Source: Nitrospirota bacterium
GTDB taxonomy: Bacteria > Nitrospirota > UBA9217
Length of the DNA stretch: 32,000 nucleotides
NCBI GenBank assembly: GCA_020052615.1
Contig: JAGVOT010000123.1
Location: 174-32,173, forward strand
Direction: 5' to 3'
The notes under the pieces: generated by a model
What the model was told of the DNA's origin: nothing
Databases searched by the model: none
The model's input: only the letters and a program-made list of their open reading frames with translations
In this document: positions 1 through 7,750 of the stretch, in pieces
How positions within the stretch are numbered: position 1 is the first letter of the stretch
Layout of the letters: every line of letters starts with the position of its first letter
Position numbers and translations under genes: made by a program

Positions 1-2
1 CC

Positions 3-161
3 GATGTGGGCGTATTTCGCGCCGGCGGCCAGTGGGCGCTCGACGCGAACGGCACGATGACCTGGGACGCTGGTGACGCAAGTTTCCGGTTCGGCATCTC
101 CGGAGACAAGCCGGTCGCAGGCAAGAGAGCCGGTGGGATGACGGCCGGCGGCGGAATGTAG
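3..161 (+). CDS. 3' end of an FG-GAP/VCBS-like repeat protein (5' part outside the window)
   Basis: Frame 3 is open from the window edge to TAG at 159-161. It translates DVGVFRAGGQWALDANGTMTWDAGDASFRFGISGDKPVAGK..., the same repeat unit and terminal GDxPV(A/V)G motif as the C-terminus of the protease at 737-2830. Confidence 0.6.
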   Translation, partial: DVGVFRAGGQWALDANGTMTWDAGDASFRFGISGDKPVAGKRAGGMTAGGGM

Positions 162-204
162 GAGCTTCCCACTGACGGCAGCGGCGTACTGATAATGCGA
201 TCAC

Positions 205-247
205 AAAGGGTGCGTAGATGTGTCTGCGCACCCTTTACTTTTATTTG
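205..247 (+). terminator. Rho-independent terminator of the upstream repeat-protein gene
   Basis: AAAGGGTGCG (205-214) pairs perfectly with CGCACCCTTT (227-236). The stem extends to about 14 bp around a TGTG loop and is followed by ACTTTTATTT. It lies 44 nt after the TAG at 159-161. Confidence 0.75.
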
Positions 248-285
248 GAAAAATGCTAAGTTGTCAGATATTTAGGAGATCACTA

Positions 286-726
286 ATGAAGGTTCCGAAA
301 ACGAGCTTTATCTGCAGAACGCTGGCGATGCTCATCCTGCCGGTGCTCATGTTGGCATGCGCTGCTGCGAAGAAAACGACGGATTCCAGCGACCCCTTGG
401 CGGACCGCTGGGGTGTGAAGGTGCTGCAGGTCCGTCTGACCGCGGAAGGGCTCATGCTCGACTTCCGGTATCGGGTACTGGACGCTGAAAAGGCCGCTCC
501 CCTGAACAGCAGGGAATTCAAGCCTTACCTGATCGACGAAGCAACGGGCGCGCGGTTTCTCGTTCCCGAATCGCCCAAGGTCGGGGCGCTTCGCACCACC
601 CGTCCCCCCAAGGAAGAAAAGAACTACTTCATCATTTTCGTCAATCCGGGCAGGTACATAAAGGCCGGAAACAAGGTGACCGTCGTCATCGGCGATTTCA
701 GGGCCGAACACCTCGTCGTGGAGTGA
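286..726 (+). CDS. Small secreted protein, probable lipoprotein, function unknown
   Basis: ATG at 286 is preceded by AGGAG (274-278). The N-terminus MKVPKTSFICRTLAMLILPVLMLAC has a signal peptide with a lipobox-like Cys. The ORF-track start at 220 lies in the loop of the terminator hairpin, so I prefer the shorter form. I recognise no family. Confidence 0.6.
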   Translation: MKVPKTSFICRTLAMLILPVLMLACAAAKKTTDSSDPLADRWGVKVLQVRLTAEGLMLDFRYRVLDAEKAAPLNSREFKPYLIDEATGARFLVPESPKVGALRTTRPPKEEKNYFIIFVNPGRYIKAGNKVTVVIGDFRAEHLVVE

Positions 727-736
727 GCACAACCGT

Positions 737-2830
737 ATGATGTCCATGGTCCGAGACAACCTGCGTCGGCTTCCCGTGCTGCTGGCGGCGAGCTTGGCAT
801 TCTACTGCCTTCTGGGAGGCGTGTCCGCCCATGCCGGCGTCGTGGAGCCGCGCCTGCAGTCCTCGCTTCGAAAGCTGGTTCCCTCGGAGGAGGTTGCGGT
901 CATTATCCACCTGGGCAGGAAGGCCGCCCCGGCGGAGATCAGCGGAAGGAACAGAGGAGATCGCAGATCAAAGATCATCCGCTCCCTGCGGGAAACATCC
1001 GAGCTGTCGCAGCGATCGCTCAGGGCTCACCTGAAAGGTCGCAATGCCAAACAGGTGCATCCGCTCTGGATCGTCAACGGCATAGCGGCGAAGGTGCGGA
1101 TGGATGAGGTTGCCGCCCTGGCCTCGCTTCCCGGCGTCGAACGGGTCGTTCTCGACGCAACGGTCCATGCGACGGAGCCCGTTGTCGGAGCGCTTGCCGC
1201 TCCGGAGTGGAACCTCTCCGCAATACATGCGCCGGATCTTTGGGCCCTGGGTTTCAAGGGGCAGGGGACCGTCGTGGCGCACATGGACACGGGCGTGGAC
1301 CTTGATCACCCCGATCTTCTGGGTCGGTGGCGGGGAGGGACGAACAGCTGGTTCGACCCGCACAATCAACATCCACTAACGCCTTATGACGCCTTGGGCC
1401 ACGGAACGCAGACCATGGGGCTCATGGTGGGCGGCGATGCCGGTGGAACGACGGTCGGTGTTGCGCCCGACGCTCAGTGGATAGCCGTCAAGCTCTTCAA
1501 CGACGCGGGGGAGACGACCTACAGCATCATTCATCAGGGATTCCAGTGGCTCCTCGATCCCGACGGGGACCCGGACACCGATGACGCTCCGGACGTGGTG
1601 AACCACTCCTGGGGGCTCATCGACACGAACCATGCGTGCGTACTCGAGTTCCAGTCTGATGTGCAGGTCCTGAAAAACGCAGACATCGCCATGTCCTTTT
1701 CAGCGGGCAACGACGGCCCCTCGGCCGCGACCAGCGTCAGCCCGGCTAATTATCCCGAAAGTTTTTCCGTGGGTTCCGTGGACAGCACGAACACGGTGGC
1801 GTCTTCCAGCAGCCGCGGCCCCTCGGCATGTTTCGGGGACGTGTATCCCCTCGTGATCGCGCCGGGCGTGAATGTGCGCACAACGGACCTCTATCATCTC
1901 GGCATACCGGACGCCTACGTTGCGGTCAGCGGAACGTCCTTTGCCGCTCCCCACGTTTCGGGCGCCATGGCGCTGCTGCGAAGTGCCTTCCCCAGCGTCG
2001 GCGCCGCGAAGCTCGAACAGGCGTTCATCCGGTCGGCCTCTGACCTCGGGGTGTCCGGACCGGATAACGACTATGGGAACGGCCTCATTGACGCTGCCGG
2101 CGCATATCGGCTGCTGCTGCGGCATGACATCGGCGTCTACCGGCAGGGGGCCTGGTACCGGGATGTGAACGAGAACATGGCGTGGGACGCAGGACAGGAC
2201 GGTGTTGTTTCGTTCGGCGGAGCCGGTGATATTTCCGTGACCGGTGACTGGGACGGCGACGGCGTGACCGATGTGGGCGTATTCTTCGGCAACGGCATAT
2301 GGCGGCTGGATACCAACGGCAACGGGCTATGGGAACCCGGTGTGGATGCCGAGTTCCGGTTCGGCATCACTGGTGATATCCCCGTGACAGGTGACTGGAA
2401 TAGCGACGGCGTGACCGACGTGGGCGTGTTCCGCGGCGGTCTCTGGGCCCTCGATGCGAACGGAACAAGAACTTGGAATGCTGGGGATGTGAGCTTCCGG
2501 TTCGGCATAACGGGAGACAGCCCCGTCACCGGCGATTGGAACGGCGACAGCGTGACCGACGTAGGCGTGTTCCGCGAGAGCGGCCTCTGGGCGCTCGATG
2601 CGAACGGCACGCGAACATGGGATGCTGGGGATGTGAGCTTCCGGTTCGGCATGGCGGGAGACATCCCTGTCACCGGGGACTGGAACAGCGACGGCGTGAC
2701 CGACGCGGGCGTGTTCCGGGGGGGCGGTTACTGGTTCCTCGATACCGACGGTTCCAAGTCCTGGAACGCAGGCGACGGGGAGTTTCGGTTCGGCATGAGC
2801 GGTGACAGGCCGGTCGTCGGACGTTGGTGA
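737..2830 (+). CDS. Secreted subtilisin-family (S8) serine protease with an I9-like propeptide and a C-terminal FG-GAP/VCBS-like tandem repeat domain
   Basis: Signal peptide ...GGVSAHA. The catalytic triad contexts are VAHMDTGVD (Asp, nt ~1286), GHGTQTMG (His, ~1400) and SGTSFAAPHVSGAMALL (Ser, ~1937), with the oxyanion-type NHSWG. The propeptide-like region is VAVIIHL...VHPLWIVNGIAAKV. The last ~230 aa are repeats of GDxPVTGDWNxDGVTDVGVFRxGxWxLDxNG..W.AGD..FRFG. Confidence 0.9.
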   Translation: MMSMVRDNLRRLPVLLAASLAFYCLLGGVSAHAGVVEPRLQSSLRKLVPSEEVAVIIHLGRKAAPAEISGRNRGDRRSKIIRSLRETSELSQRSLRAHLKGRNAKQVHPLWIVNGIAAKVRMDEVAALASLPGVERVVLDATVHATEPVVGALAAPEWNLSAIHAPDLWALGFKGQGTVVAHMDTGVDLDHPDLLGRWRGGTNSWFDPHNQHPLTPYDALGHGTQTMGLMVGGDAGGTTVGVAPDAQWIAVKLFNDAGETTYSIIHQGFQWLLDPDGDPDTDDAPDVVNHSWGLIDTNHACVLEFQSDVQVLKNADIAMSFSAGNDGPSAATSVSPANYPESFSVGSVDSTNTVASSSSRGPSACFGDVYPLVIAPGVNVRTTDLYHLGIPDAYVAVSGTSFAAPHVSGAMALLRSAFPSVGAAKLEQAFIRSASDLGVSGPDNDYGNGLIDAAGAYRLLLRHDIGVYRQGAWYRDVNENMAWDAGQDGVVSFGGAGDISVTGDWDGDGVTDVGVFFGNGIWRLDTNGNGLWEPGVDAEFRFGITGDIPVTGDWNSDGVTDVGVFRGGLWALDANGTRTWNAGDVSFRFGITGDSPVTGDWNGDSVTDVGVFRESGLWALDANGTRTWDAGDVSFRFGMAGDIPVTGDWNSDGVTDAGVFRGGGYWFLDTDGSKSWNAGDGEFRFGMSGDRPVVGRW
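2129..2827 (+). repeat. Intragenic tandem repeat, period 144 bp (48 aa), about 4.8 units
   Basis: The GD(I/S)xVTGDW motif recurs at protein positions 497, 545, 593, 641 and 689 (nt 2225, 2369, 2513, 2657, 2801). An exact 31-nt string, atgctggggatgtgagcttccggttcggcat, occurs at 2478-2508 and again at 2622-2652, offset 144. Confidence 0.85.
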
Positions 2831-2862
2831 GCAGCACATCCTCGAGGCGAGAGTCCACTCCT

Positions 2863-4140
2863 ATGAACGAATCGTTCAACCGGCGCGTCTCCTCCAATTT
2901 CCTGTGGTCGCTCGTGAGCGAAGCAACATCGAAAGGTGTGGTGTTTGTCACCAACATCTATCTGGCGAGGGTCCTCGGCGTATCCCAGTTCGGCGTATTT
3001 GCTCTTGCCCAGACCATAACCTTCTACTTCTGGTGTGCAGCCGATCTCGGCCTGAACCTATACGGGATCCGGGAGATCGCAAAGGCACGGGAGCAGGCCC
3101 CGCAAGTGATCAATGTTCTGCTGACGCTCAGGGCGGTTTCCGGCGCCGTCGCATTCCTTCTCTACACGCTGACCATCTTCCTCGTGGACATGCCCGTACC
3201 GCGAAAGCTGGCCTTCATCGGCTGCGGCCTCTATCTGATGACCTTCGCGCTCTATACGGACTGGATCTACAAGGGGCTTGAGCGATTCAAATATATAGCA
3301 TACGGCAGTTTTCTATCGTCCGGAGCATTCTTGGTGGCGACCGTCTCTCTGGTCAGGAGCGGAAACGATCTGGTGAAGGCCTCGTTCCTCTGGTCCCTTT
3401 CTTTTCTTCTGGGGTCTGTTTCGCTGCTCTTTTTACTCTCCAGGAGCCAGGGCATACGGTTAAGGCCTGATTTCCGCTTCGACGAATGGCTTCTGCACAT
3501 CAAGAGTTCGGTGCATTTCTCGATTTCCGGCATTCTCTGGGCAATCTGCCGTTTTCTTCCCGTGGTCCTGATCGGATGGTATTACACCTCCTATGAGGTG
3601 GGGCTGTTCTCCGCTCCCTACCGCATCATCATTGCGCTGGGTGTCGCCGGCTTCATGATTCCCATGGCGTTCTATCCGGCGCTGTCGGAAATGTACCTGC
3701 GGAATCGTACTGCGTTCCTGGAGATCAACAGGAAGCTTCGGCGCATCATGTTTATCGTCGGCCTGACGGTCGGCATTGCGGGGACCGTGTACGGCGATGT
3801 GCTGATCGAGATGCTCTTCGGGGACCAGTATGCCAAGGGCGTACCGGTCTTCAGGATCCTTGTCTGGTTCATGGCCCTCTATTTTATCCGACAGGCATAT
3901 GGCAGCGCCCTCTTATCCGCAGGATTCGAACGAACCTACAACCTGGCAGCCGTGGCGGGCGTTCTTTTTGCCGCGATCGCGGGATTTCTGTTGATACCTG
4001 CACAGGGGATCATTGGAGGCGCTGTTTCGCTGCTCATCTCGGAAGCTTCAACGCTGTGCTGCATGGCGGTCATCTACCATTTCGTCATCATCAGACCTTT
4101 CCAGGCGGGGCTCCTTGCCGGGGCGGGTGCGAATGAGTAA
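2863..4140 (+). CDS. wzx: Oligosaccharide/polysaccharide flippase (Wzx-like, MOP superfamily)
   Basis: 425-aa polytopic membrane protein. The N-terminus NFLWSLVSEATSKGVVFVTNIYLARVLGVSQFGVFALAQ is typical of polysaccharide biosynthesis (Wzx) proteins. I prefer the ATG at 2863 over the 2824 start, which overlaps the protease stop. The stop overlaps the next gene's start (ATGAGTAA). Confidence 0.8.
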   Translation: MNESFNRRVSSNFLWSLVSEATSKGVVFVTNIYLARVLGVSQFGVFALAQTITFYFWCAADLGLNLYGIREIAKAREQAPQVINVLLTLRAVSGAVAFLLYTLTIFLVDMPVPRKLAFIGCGLYLMTFALYTDWIYKGLERFKYIAYGSFLSSGAFLVATVSLVRSGNDLVKASFLWSLSFLLGSVSLLFLLSRSQGIRLRPDFRFDEWLLHIKSSVHFSISGILWAICRFLPVVLIGWYYTSYEVGLFSAPYRIIIALGVAGFMIPMAFYPALSEMYLRNRTAFLEINRKLRRIMFIVGLTVGIAGTVYGDVLIEMLFGDQYAKGVPVFRILVWFMALYFIRQAYGSALLSAGFERTYNLAAVAGVLFAAIAGFLLIPAQGIIGGAVSLLISEASTLCCMAVIYHFVIIRPFQAGLLAGAGANE

Positions 4141-5257
4141 CATCGCCGCGGGAAAACGGCTCTGCATCCTGCTTCCTTCGCTTCACCTGGGCGGGGTGGA
4201 AAAGATGATGCTGAATCTGGCCGGAGGGATCGATCCGGAGCAGTATGGTGTCGATATTGTGGTCTTGGAGCGAAAGGGCGACCTGCTGCGCTCAGTGCCC
4301 GGCAATGTGGAAGTCTTTGCCCTATCAGGTGAAAGCGTCGGGCTCGTAAAAGCCCTTGCATGTGCGCTGGCCTTTCGCCGCTATCTCCGGACGCGCGGGC
4401 CCCGTGTCGTCATTTCAGCGAAAGAACGGGCAAATCTGCTGAACGTTCTGGCTAGGATCGCCTTCGGGGGCAGCCATAGGTCCGTTATTACCCGGCATGT
4501 GCCTCTGGACGGGAAGCTAGTTGGTCGAGATGCAACGAGAGGTGTTCGCTGGCTCTACCGGACGATCCTGGGGAAGGCGGACCGGATCATCGCCGTCTCG
4601 AGCGGCATTGCCGACGATATCCGGTCACTGCTGCCGGGGCGTGATCGCCAAAAGGTGGAGGTCATCAGCAATCCGGTCGTGGATGATTCCCTTGTGAGGA
4701 TGTCGGAAGAGGGGATCGATGAACCCTGGCTGGCGCCTGGACACGGACCGGTTATCGTAGCATCGGGAAGGTTGTCCCATCAGAAAGGCTTCGATATCCT
4801 GATCGATGCATTTGCGCAACTCAGGGAACGTCTGCAGGCGAAGCTGATCATCCTGGGCGATGGGGAACTGAAGGGCCGGTTAATGGACCAGGTGCGGAGC
4901 AGGTCGCTCGAGAGCGATATCAAACTGCTCGGCGCAGTGAAGAATCCCTATCCCTACTACCGTCGCGCTGATGTCTTTGTTCTGTCATCGCGATGGGAAG
5001 GTCAGCCGCTCGTGCTGATCGAGGCGCTCGCGCTCGGCACGCCCGTCGTCGCGACGGATTGCAGGACCGGGCCGGCGGAGATCCTTCGGCAGGGAAGGTT
5101 CGGCGCGCTGGTGCCGCCGGAAGTTGCCGCCGCGCTTGCGCAGGGAATCTACCAAACATTGAAGATGGCTGACAAAGACATTGGAGTGTTTCCCTTGGAT
5201 GAGTACCGTGTTGCGACGGCATGCAGAAGATACGAGAAGATGATGAATTCATTGTGA
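4133..5257 (+). CDS. Glycosyltransferase family 4 (GT-B, retaining type)
   Basis: The N-terminus KRLCILLPSLHLGGVEKMMLNLA fits the family. The E-x7-E motif is in SSRWEGQPLVLIEALALGTPVVATD. The start at 4133 overlaps the wzx stop, and the upstream extension of the ORF track lies in the wzx coding frame region. Confidence 0.85.
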   Translation: MSNIAAGKRLCILLPSLHLGGVEKMMLNLAGGIDPEQYGVDIVVLERKGDLLRSVPGNVEVFALSGESVGLVKALACALAFRRYLRTRGPRVVISAKERANLLNVLARIAFGGSHRSVITRHVPLDGKLVGRDATRGVRWLYRTILGKADRIIAVSSGIADDIRSLLPGRDRQKVEVISNPVVDDSLVRMSEEGIDEPWLAPGHGPVIVASGRLSHQKGFDILIDAFAQLRERLQAKLIILGDGELKGRLMDQVRSRSLESDIKLLGAVKNPYPYYRRADVFVLSSRWEGQPLVLIEALALGTPVVATDCRTGPAEILRQGRFGALVPPEVAAALAQGIYQTLKMADKDIGVFPLDEYRVATACRRYEKMMNSL

Positions 5258-5286
5258 GACACAATACCTAAGGAAAAGTATGAACA

Positions 5287-6012
5287 ATGCCTGAGATGGT
5301 CGCTGAGCCGCATAGTCTTGCGGATCAAAGGAGAAAACGCGTCGTGAAGATAAGAAACGTACCCATTCGGGACTTCCTGAAAATGCGCAAGATGAAATTA
5401 ATTCTTGCTGTTAAGCCCTATACGTTGATAACGTATGCCAGGCTGTCCGAACTATATGAGAAAGCCGTTTCCCTTGAAAAAAAGCAGATCAACGGCAGTT
5501 TTGTTGAGTGCGGCGTATGCAACGGGGGAAGTGCGGGTATCCTCTCCTGGGTTGCCAGACATAATAGGAATAGGAGAATCTGGCTCTTTGATTCATGGGA
5601 GGGAATGCCAGAGCCAACTGCAAGCGATATTTCGTCGTTCGGAGCCCTCGGGAAAAAAGGAATAGCCTTGGGAAGTGAGATCAGGACACGAGAACTGCTG
5701 TTTGGAAAACTTGCATTGAGAACTGACAATATCCGTCTGGTAAAAGGCTGGTTTAACGATACCATTATTCCGCAGAAAGAAGCCATCAGCGACATAGCTC
5801 TTCTGCACTTGGATTGTGACTGGTATGAATCGGTAAAGTACTGTTTGAATGAGTTGTATGATCGCGTTGTTCAAGGCGGCTATGTGTTCATAGACGATTA
5901 CGGAGATTGGAAGGGCTGTAAAATGGCTGTTGATGAGTTCATACGGGAGCGGGGACTGAGCGTGGAATTGATCAAGATTGATTATACGGGAGTCTTCTTA
6001 CAGAAGAAATAA
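5287..6012 (+). CDS. TylF/MycF-type SAM-dependent O-methyltransferase
   Basis: GSFVECGVCNGGSAGIL (SAM-binding glycine-rich loop) and LLHLDCDWYESVKYCLNELYDRVVQGGYVFIDDYGDWKGCKMAVDEF match the macrocin-O-methyltransferase-like family pattern. The start is ambiguous, with in-frame Met codons further in (MRKMKL). Confidence 0.75.
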   Translation: MPEMVAEPHSLADQRRKRVVKIRNVPIRDFLKMRKMKLILAVKPYTLITYARLSELYEKAVSLEKKQINGSFVECGVCNGGSAGILSWVARHNRNRRIWLFDSWEGMPEPTASDISSFGALGKKGIALGSEIRTRELLFGKLALRTDNIRLVKGWFNDTIIPQKEAISDIALLHLDCDWYESVKYCLNELYDRVVQGGYVFIDDYGDWKGCKMAVDEFIRERGLSVELIKIDYTGVFLQKK

Positions 6013-6068
6013 TGTCTATGGTTACCACGGTGAACCGAGAGACGCAAATGGTATCGTCCGATTGAATA

Positions 6069-6989
6069 ATGATCATGAATAGAGAACACAGACTGCCGAA
6101 TCTTATTTTGGGCGGCCCGGGAAGAACGGGCACGACATCATTGTTCGAATATCTGCTGCAGGTTTCGCAAATATGCGGGTCCCAGAAGAAAGAAACGAAT
6201 TTCTTTCTCGGCCCGCTCTATGGCAGGCCGTTATCCCCTGTTGTCGACTATGCACGGTTGTTCGATCGCTGCAAGGAACGTGACTATCGATATGTTGTTG
6301 AGTCGACCCCCTCGTATTTTCTCGGTGGACGCAAGATTGCCGAGGCAATGAGTGCAGTGCTCGGTGACTTCAAGATCGTATTTACTTTGCGCGAACCTGT
6401 CGAACGGTTTATATCGGGATACTGGCATGTAAAGAGCAAGGTGTTGCCGGGTGAGAATATGAGCATCGAGGAATATCTGGATCGCGCAATAGATATGCCC
6501 ATAGAGAAGATTCGGGAATATAACGACATAAGTTATGCGATTCTCGGTGAAGGTAGCTATGTTGATCATCTTGAACAATGGTACGAAACTGTCGGACCAG
6601 AAGCAATTCATATTATATTTTATGAGAATATGCTGAGTGATATTGATGATACCCTCCAGGGTTTGCTGCAATGGCTTGAACTCGAGGTCGACGACGCGAT
6701 AACCTTCCCCTATACGAATAAGTCGATATCGCTCCGATCTTCGACCTTGCAGAAAATTGCCGGCATGCTGAACAGGGCGGGTGAGCCTTTTTTGAGAAAG
6801 AACCAACGGATTAAGAATATCATGGGTTCTTTGTATTATCTGATAAATGCGAAGAAAGAAAGAGAAACGTGTCCGAGCAAGGTGCGAAAATATCTTGAAG
6901 GCCATTATGAGGTGCCGAATAAGAGACTCTCGGCTTTTTTAAGACAAAACGGGATAACCAACCTGCCGCAGTGGATTGTCAATGCATGA
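6069..6989 (+). CDS. PAPS-dependent sulfotransferase family protein
   Basis: A 5'-PSB-like loop LILGGPGRTGTTSLFEYL and a 3'-PB-like motif TLREPVERFISGYWH. About 300 aa, cytoplasmic, no TM segment. Encoded in markedly AT-richer DNA. Confidence 0.75.
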   Translation: MIMNREHRLPNLILGGPGRTGTTSLFEYLLQVSQICGSQKKETNFFLGPLYGRPLSPVVDYARLFDRCKERDYRYVVESTPSYFLGGRKIAEAMSAVLGDFKIVFTLREPVERFISGYWHVKSKVLPGENMSIEEYLDRAIDMPIEKIREYNDISYAILGEGSYVDHLEQWYETVGPEAIHIIFYENMLSDIDDTLQGLLQWLELEVDDAITFPYTNKSISLRSSTLQKIAGMLNRAGEPFLRKNQRIKNIMGSLYYLINAKKERETCPSKVRKYLEGHYEVPNKRLSAFLRQNGITNLPQWIVNA

Positions 6990-6994
6990 TATCC

Positions 6995-7750
6995 ATGAAA
7001 GAAATGAACATGGCGAGAAAAAAAGTACTCGGAACTTCTTTTGACAGTATAGGAATGGCCGCGCTATTAAAGTCCGTGGATGAGGACATTCAACGGGGTA
7101 TTCGGTTCAGGATCGCTTTTATTAACCCGGAGTTTGTCGTTGAAGCGAGGGCGAATCCAAGATTGTCACGTTATCTGGAAACCTGCAGGTACAATCTGCC
7201 GGATGGGGTGGGGATTCTTTGGGCGTACAAACAACTTCATTCTCAGAAAATGCCGGAACGAGTTACCGGCACGGATTTCGTGCCGTCTGTTTGCCGGCTG
7301 GCGAGCGCAAGAGAGTACGCGCTCTTTTTTCTGGGCGGGGCACAGGGTGTGGCGGAAAAGGCTAAGCACACATTGGAAAAGATGGTCCCCGGGGTAAAGA
7401 TCGTCGGGGTCATGCACGGATATGATGAAAATTCTGAAGATATCGTAGGCATGATCAATAGGAGCGGCGCGGATATCCTCATGGTATGCACGGGCAATCC
7501 CCGCCAGGAGGAGTGGATCGAACGGCATTTTGAACGTCTGACGGCCAAGATGGTGTTCGGCAACGGCGGGGCACTGGATTTCTGGTCAGGGGCTGCAAAA
7601 CGAGCTCCCCAGTGGATGATCGGGCTGAACCTGGAGTGGCTGTACCGTCTGATGCAGGACAGAAGCTGGAAACGGCTGCGAAGGCAATTGCGGCTCTTGA
7701 CCTTTGTCCGGCTGGTCCTGATAGAGAAAGTGATGGCACGGAACCCATGA
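6995..7750 (+). CDS. WecB/TagA/CpsF-family glycosyltransferase (GT26)
   Basis: Family-typical stretches are FINPEFVVEARANP, PDGVGILWA, FFLGGAQGVAEKA, GNPRQEEWI and GGALDFWSGAAKRAPQWMIGLNLEWLYRL. 6995 is the first ATG after the sulfotransferase stop, and 7004 and 7010 are alternatives. The TGA overlaps the next ATG (ATGA at 7747-7750). Confidence 0.8.
   Translation: MKEMNMARKKVLGTSFDSIGMAALLKSVDEDIQRGIRFRIAFINPEFVVEARANPRLSRYLETCRYNLPDGVGILWAYKQLHSQKMPERVTGTDFVPSVCRLASAREYALFFLGGAQGVAEKAKHTLEKMVPGVKIVGVMHGYDENSEDIVGMINRSGADILMVCTGNPRQEEWIERHFERLTAKMVFGNGGALDFWSGAAKRAPQWMIGLNLEWLYRLMQDRSWKRLRRQLRLLTFVRLVLIEKVMARNP

Noticed and set aside
220-285. N-terminal extensions in the ORF track, e.g. 220, 2824, 4013, 7612, 11444, 12252, 15901, 19528, 20693, 23444 (-), 24034 and 30291.
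   Set aside because: The extended parts overlap the preceding gene or a terminator hairpin (the ATG at 220 sits in the hairpin loop). They carry no signal peptide or homology-like sequence. A downstream start with a Shine-Dalgarno and/or start-stop overlap fits better in every case.
2129-2827. Regularly spaced direct repeats that might suggest a CRISPR array or a satellite.
   Set aside because: The period is 144 bp with no unique spacers. The repeats are in frame within a continuous protein-coding ORF and translate to a conserved 48-aa FG-GAP/VCBS-like unit.
5258-7000. The low-GC patch as a mobile element or genomic islet.
   Set aside because: No transposase, integrase, tRNA attachment site, terminal inverted repeats or flanking direct repeats are visible. 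It is better described as a compositionally foreign two-gene cassette, and I report it as a finding rather than a mobile-element feature.
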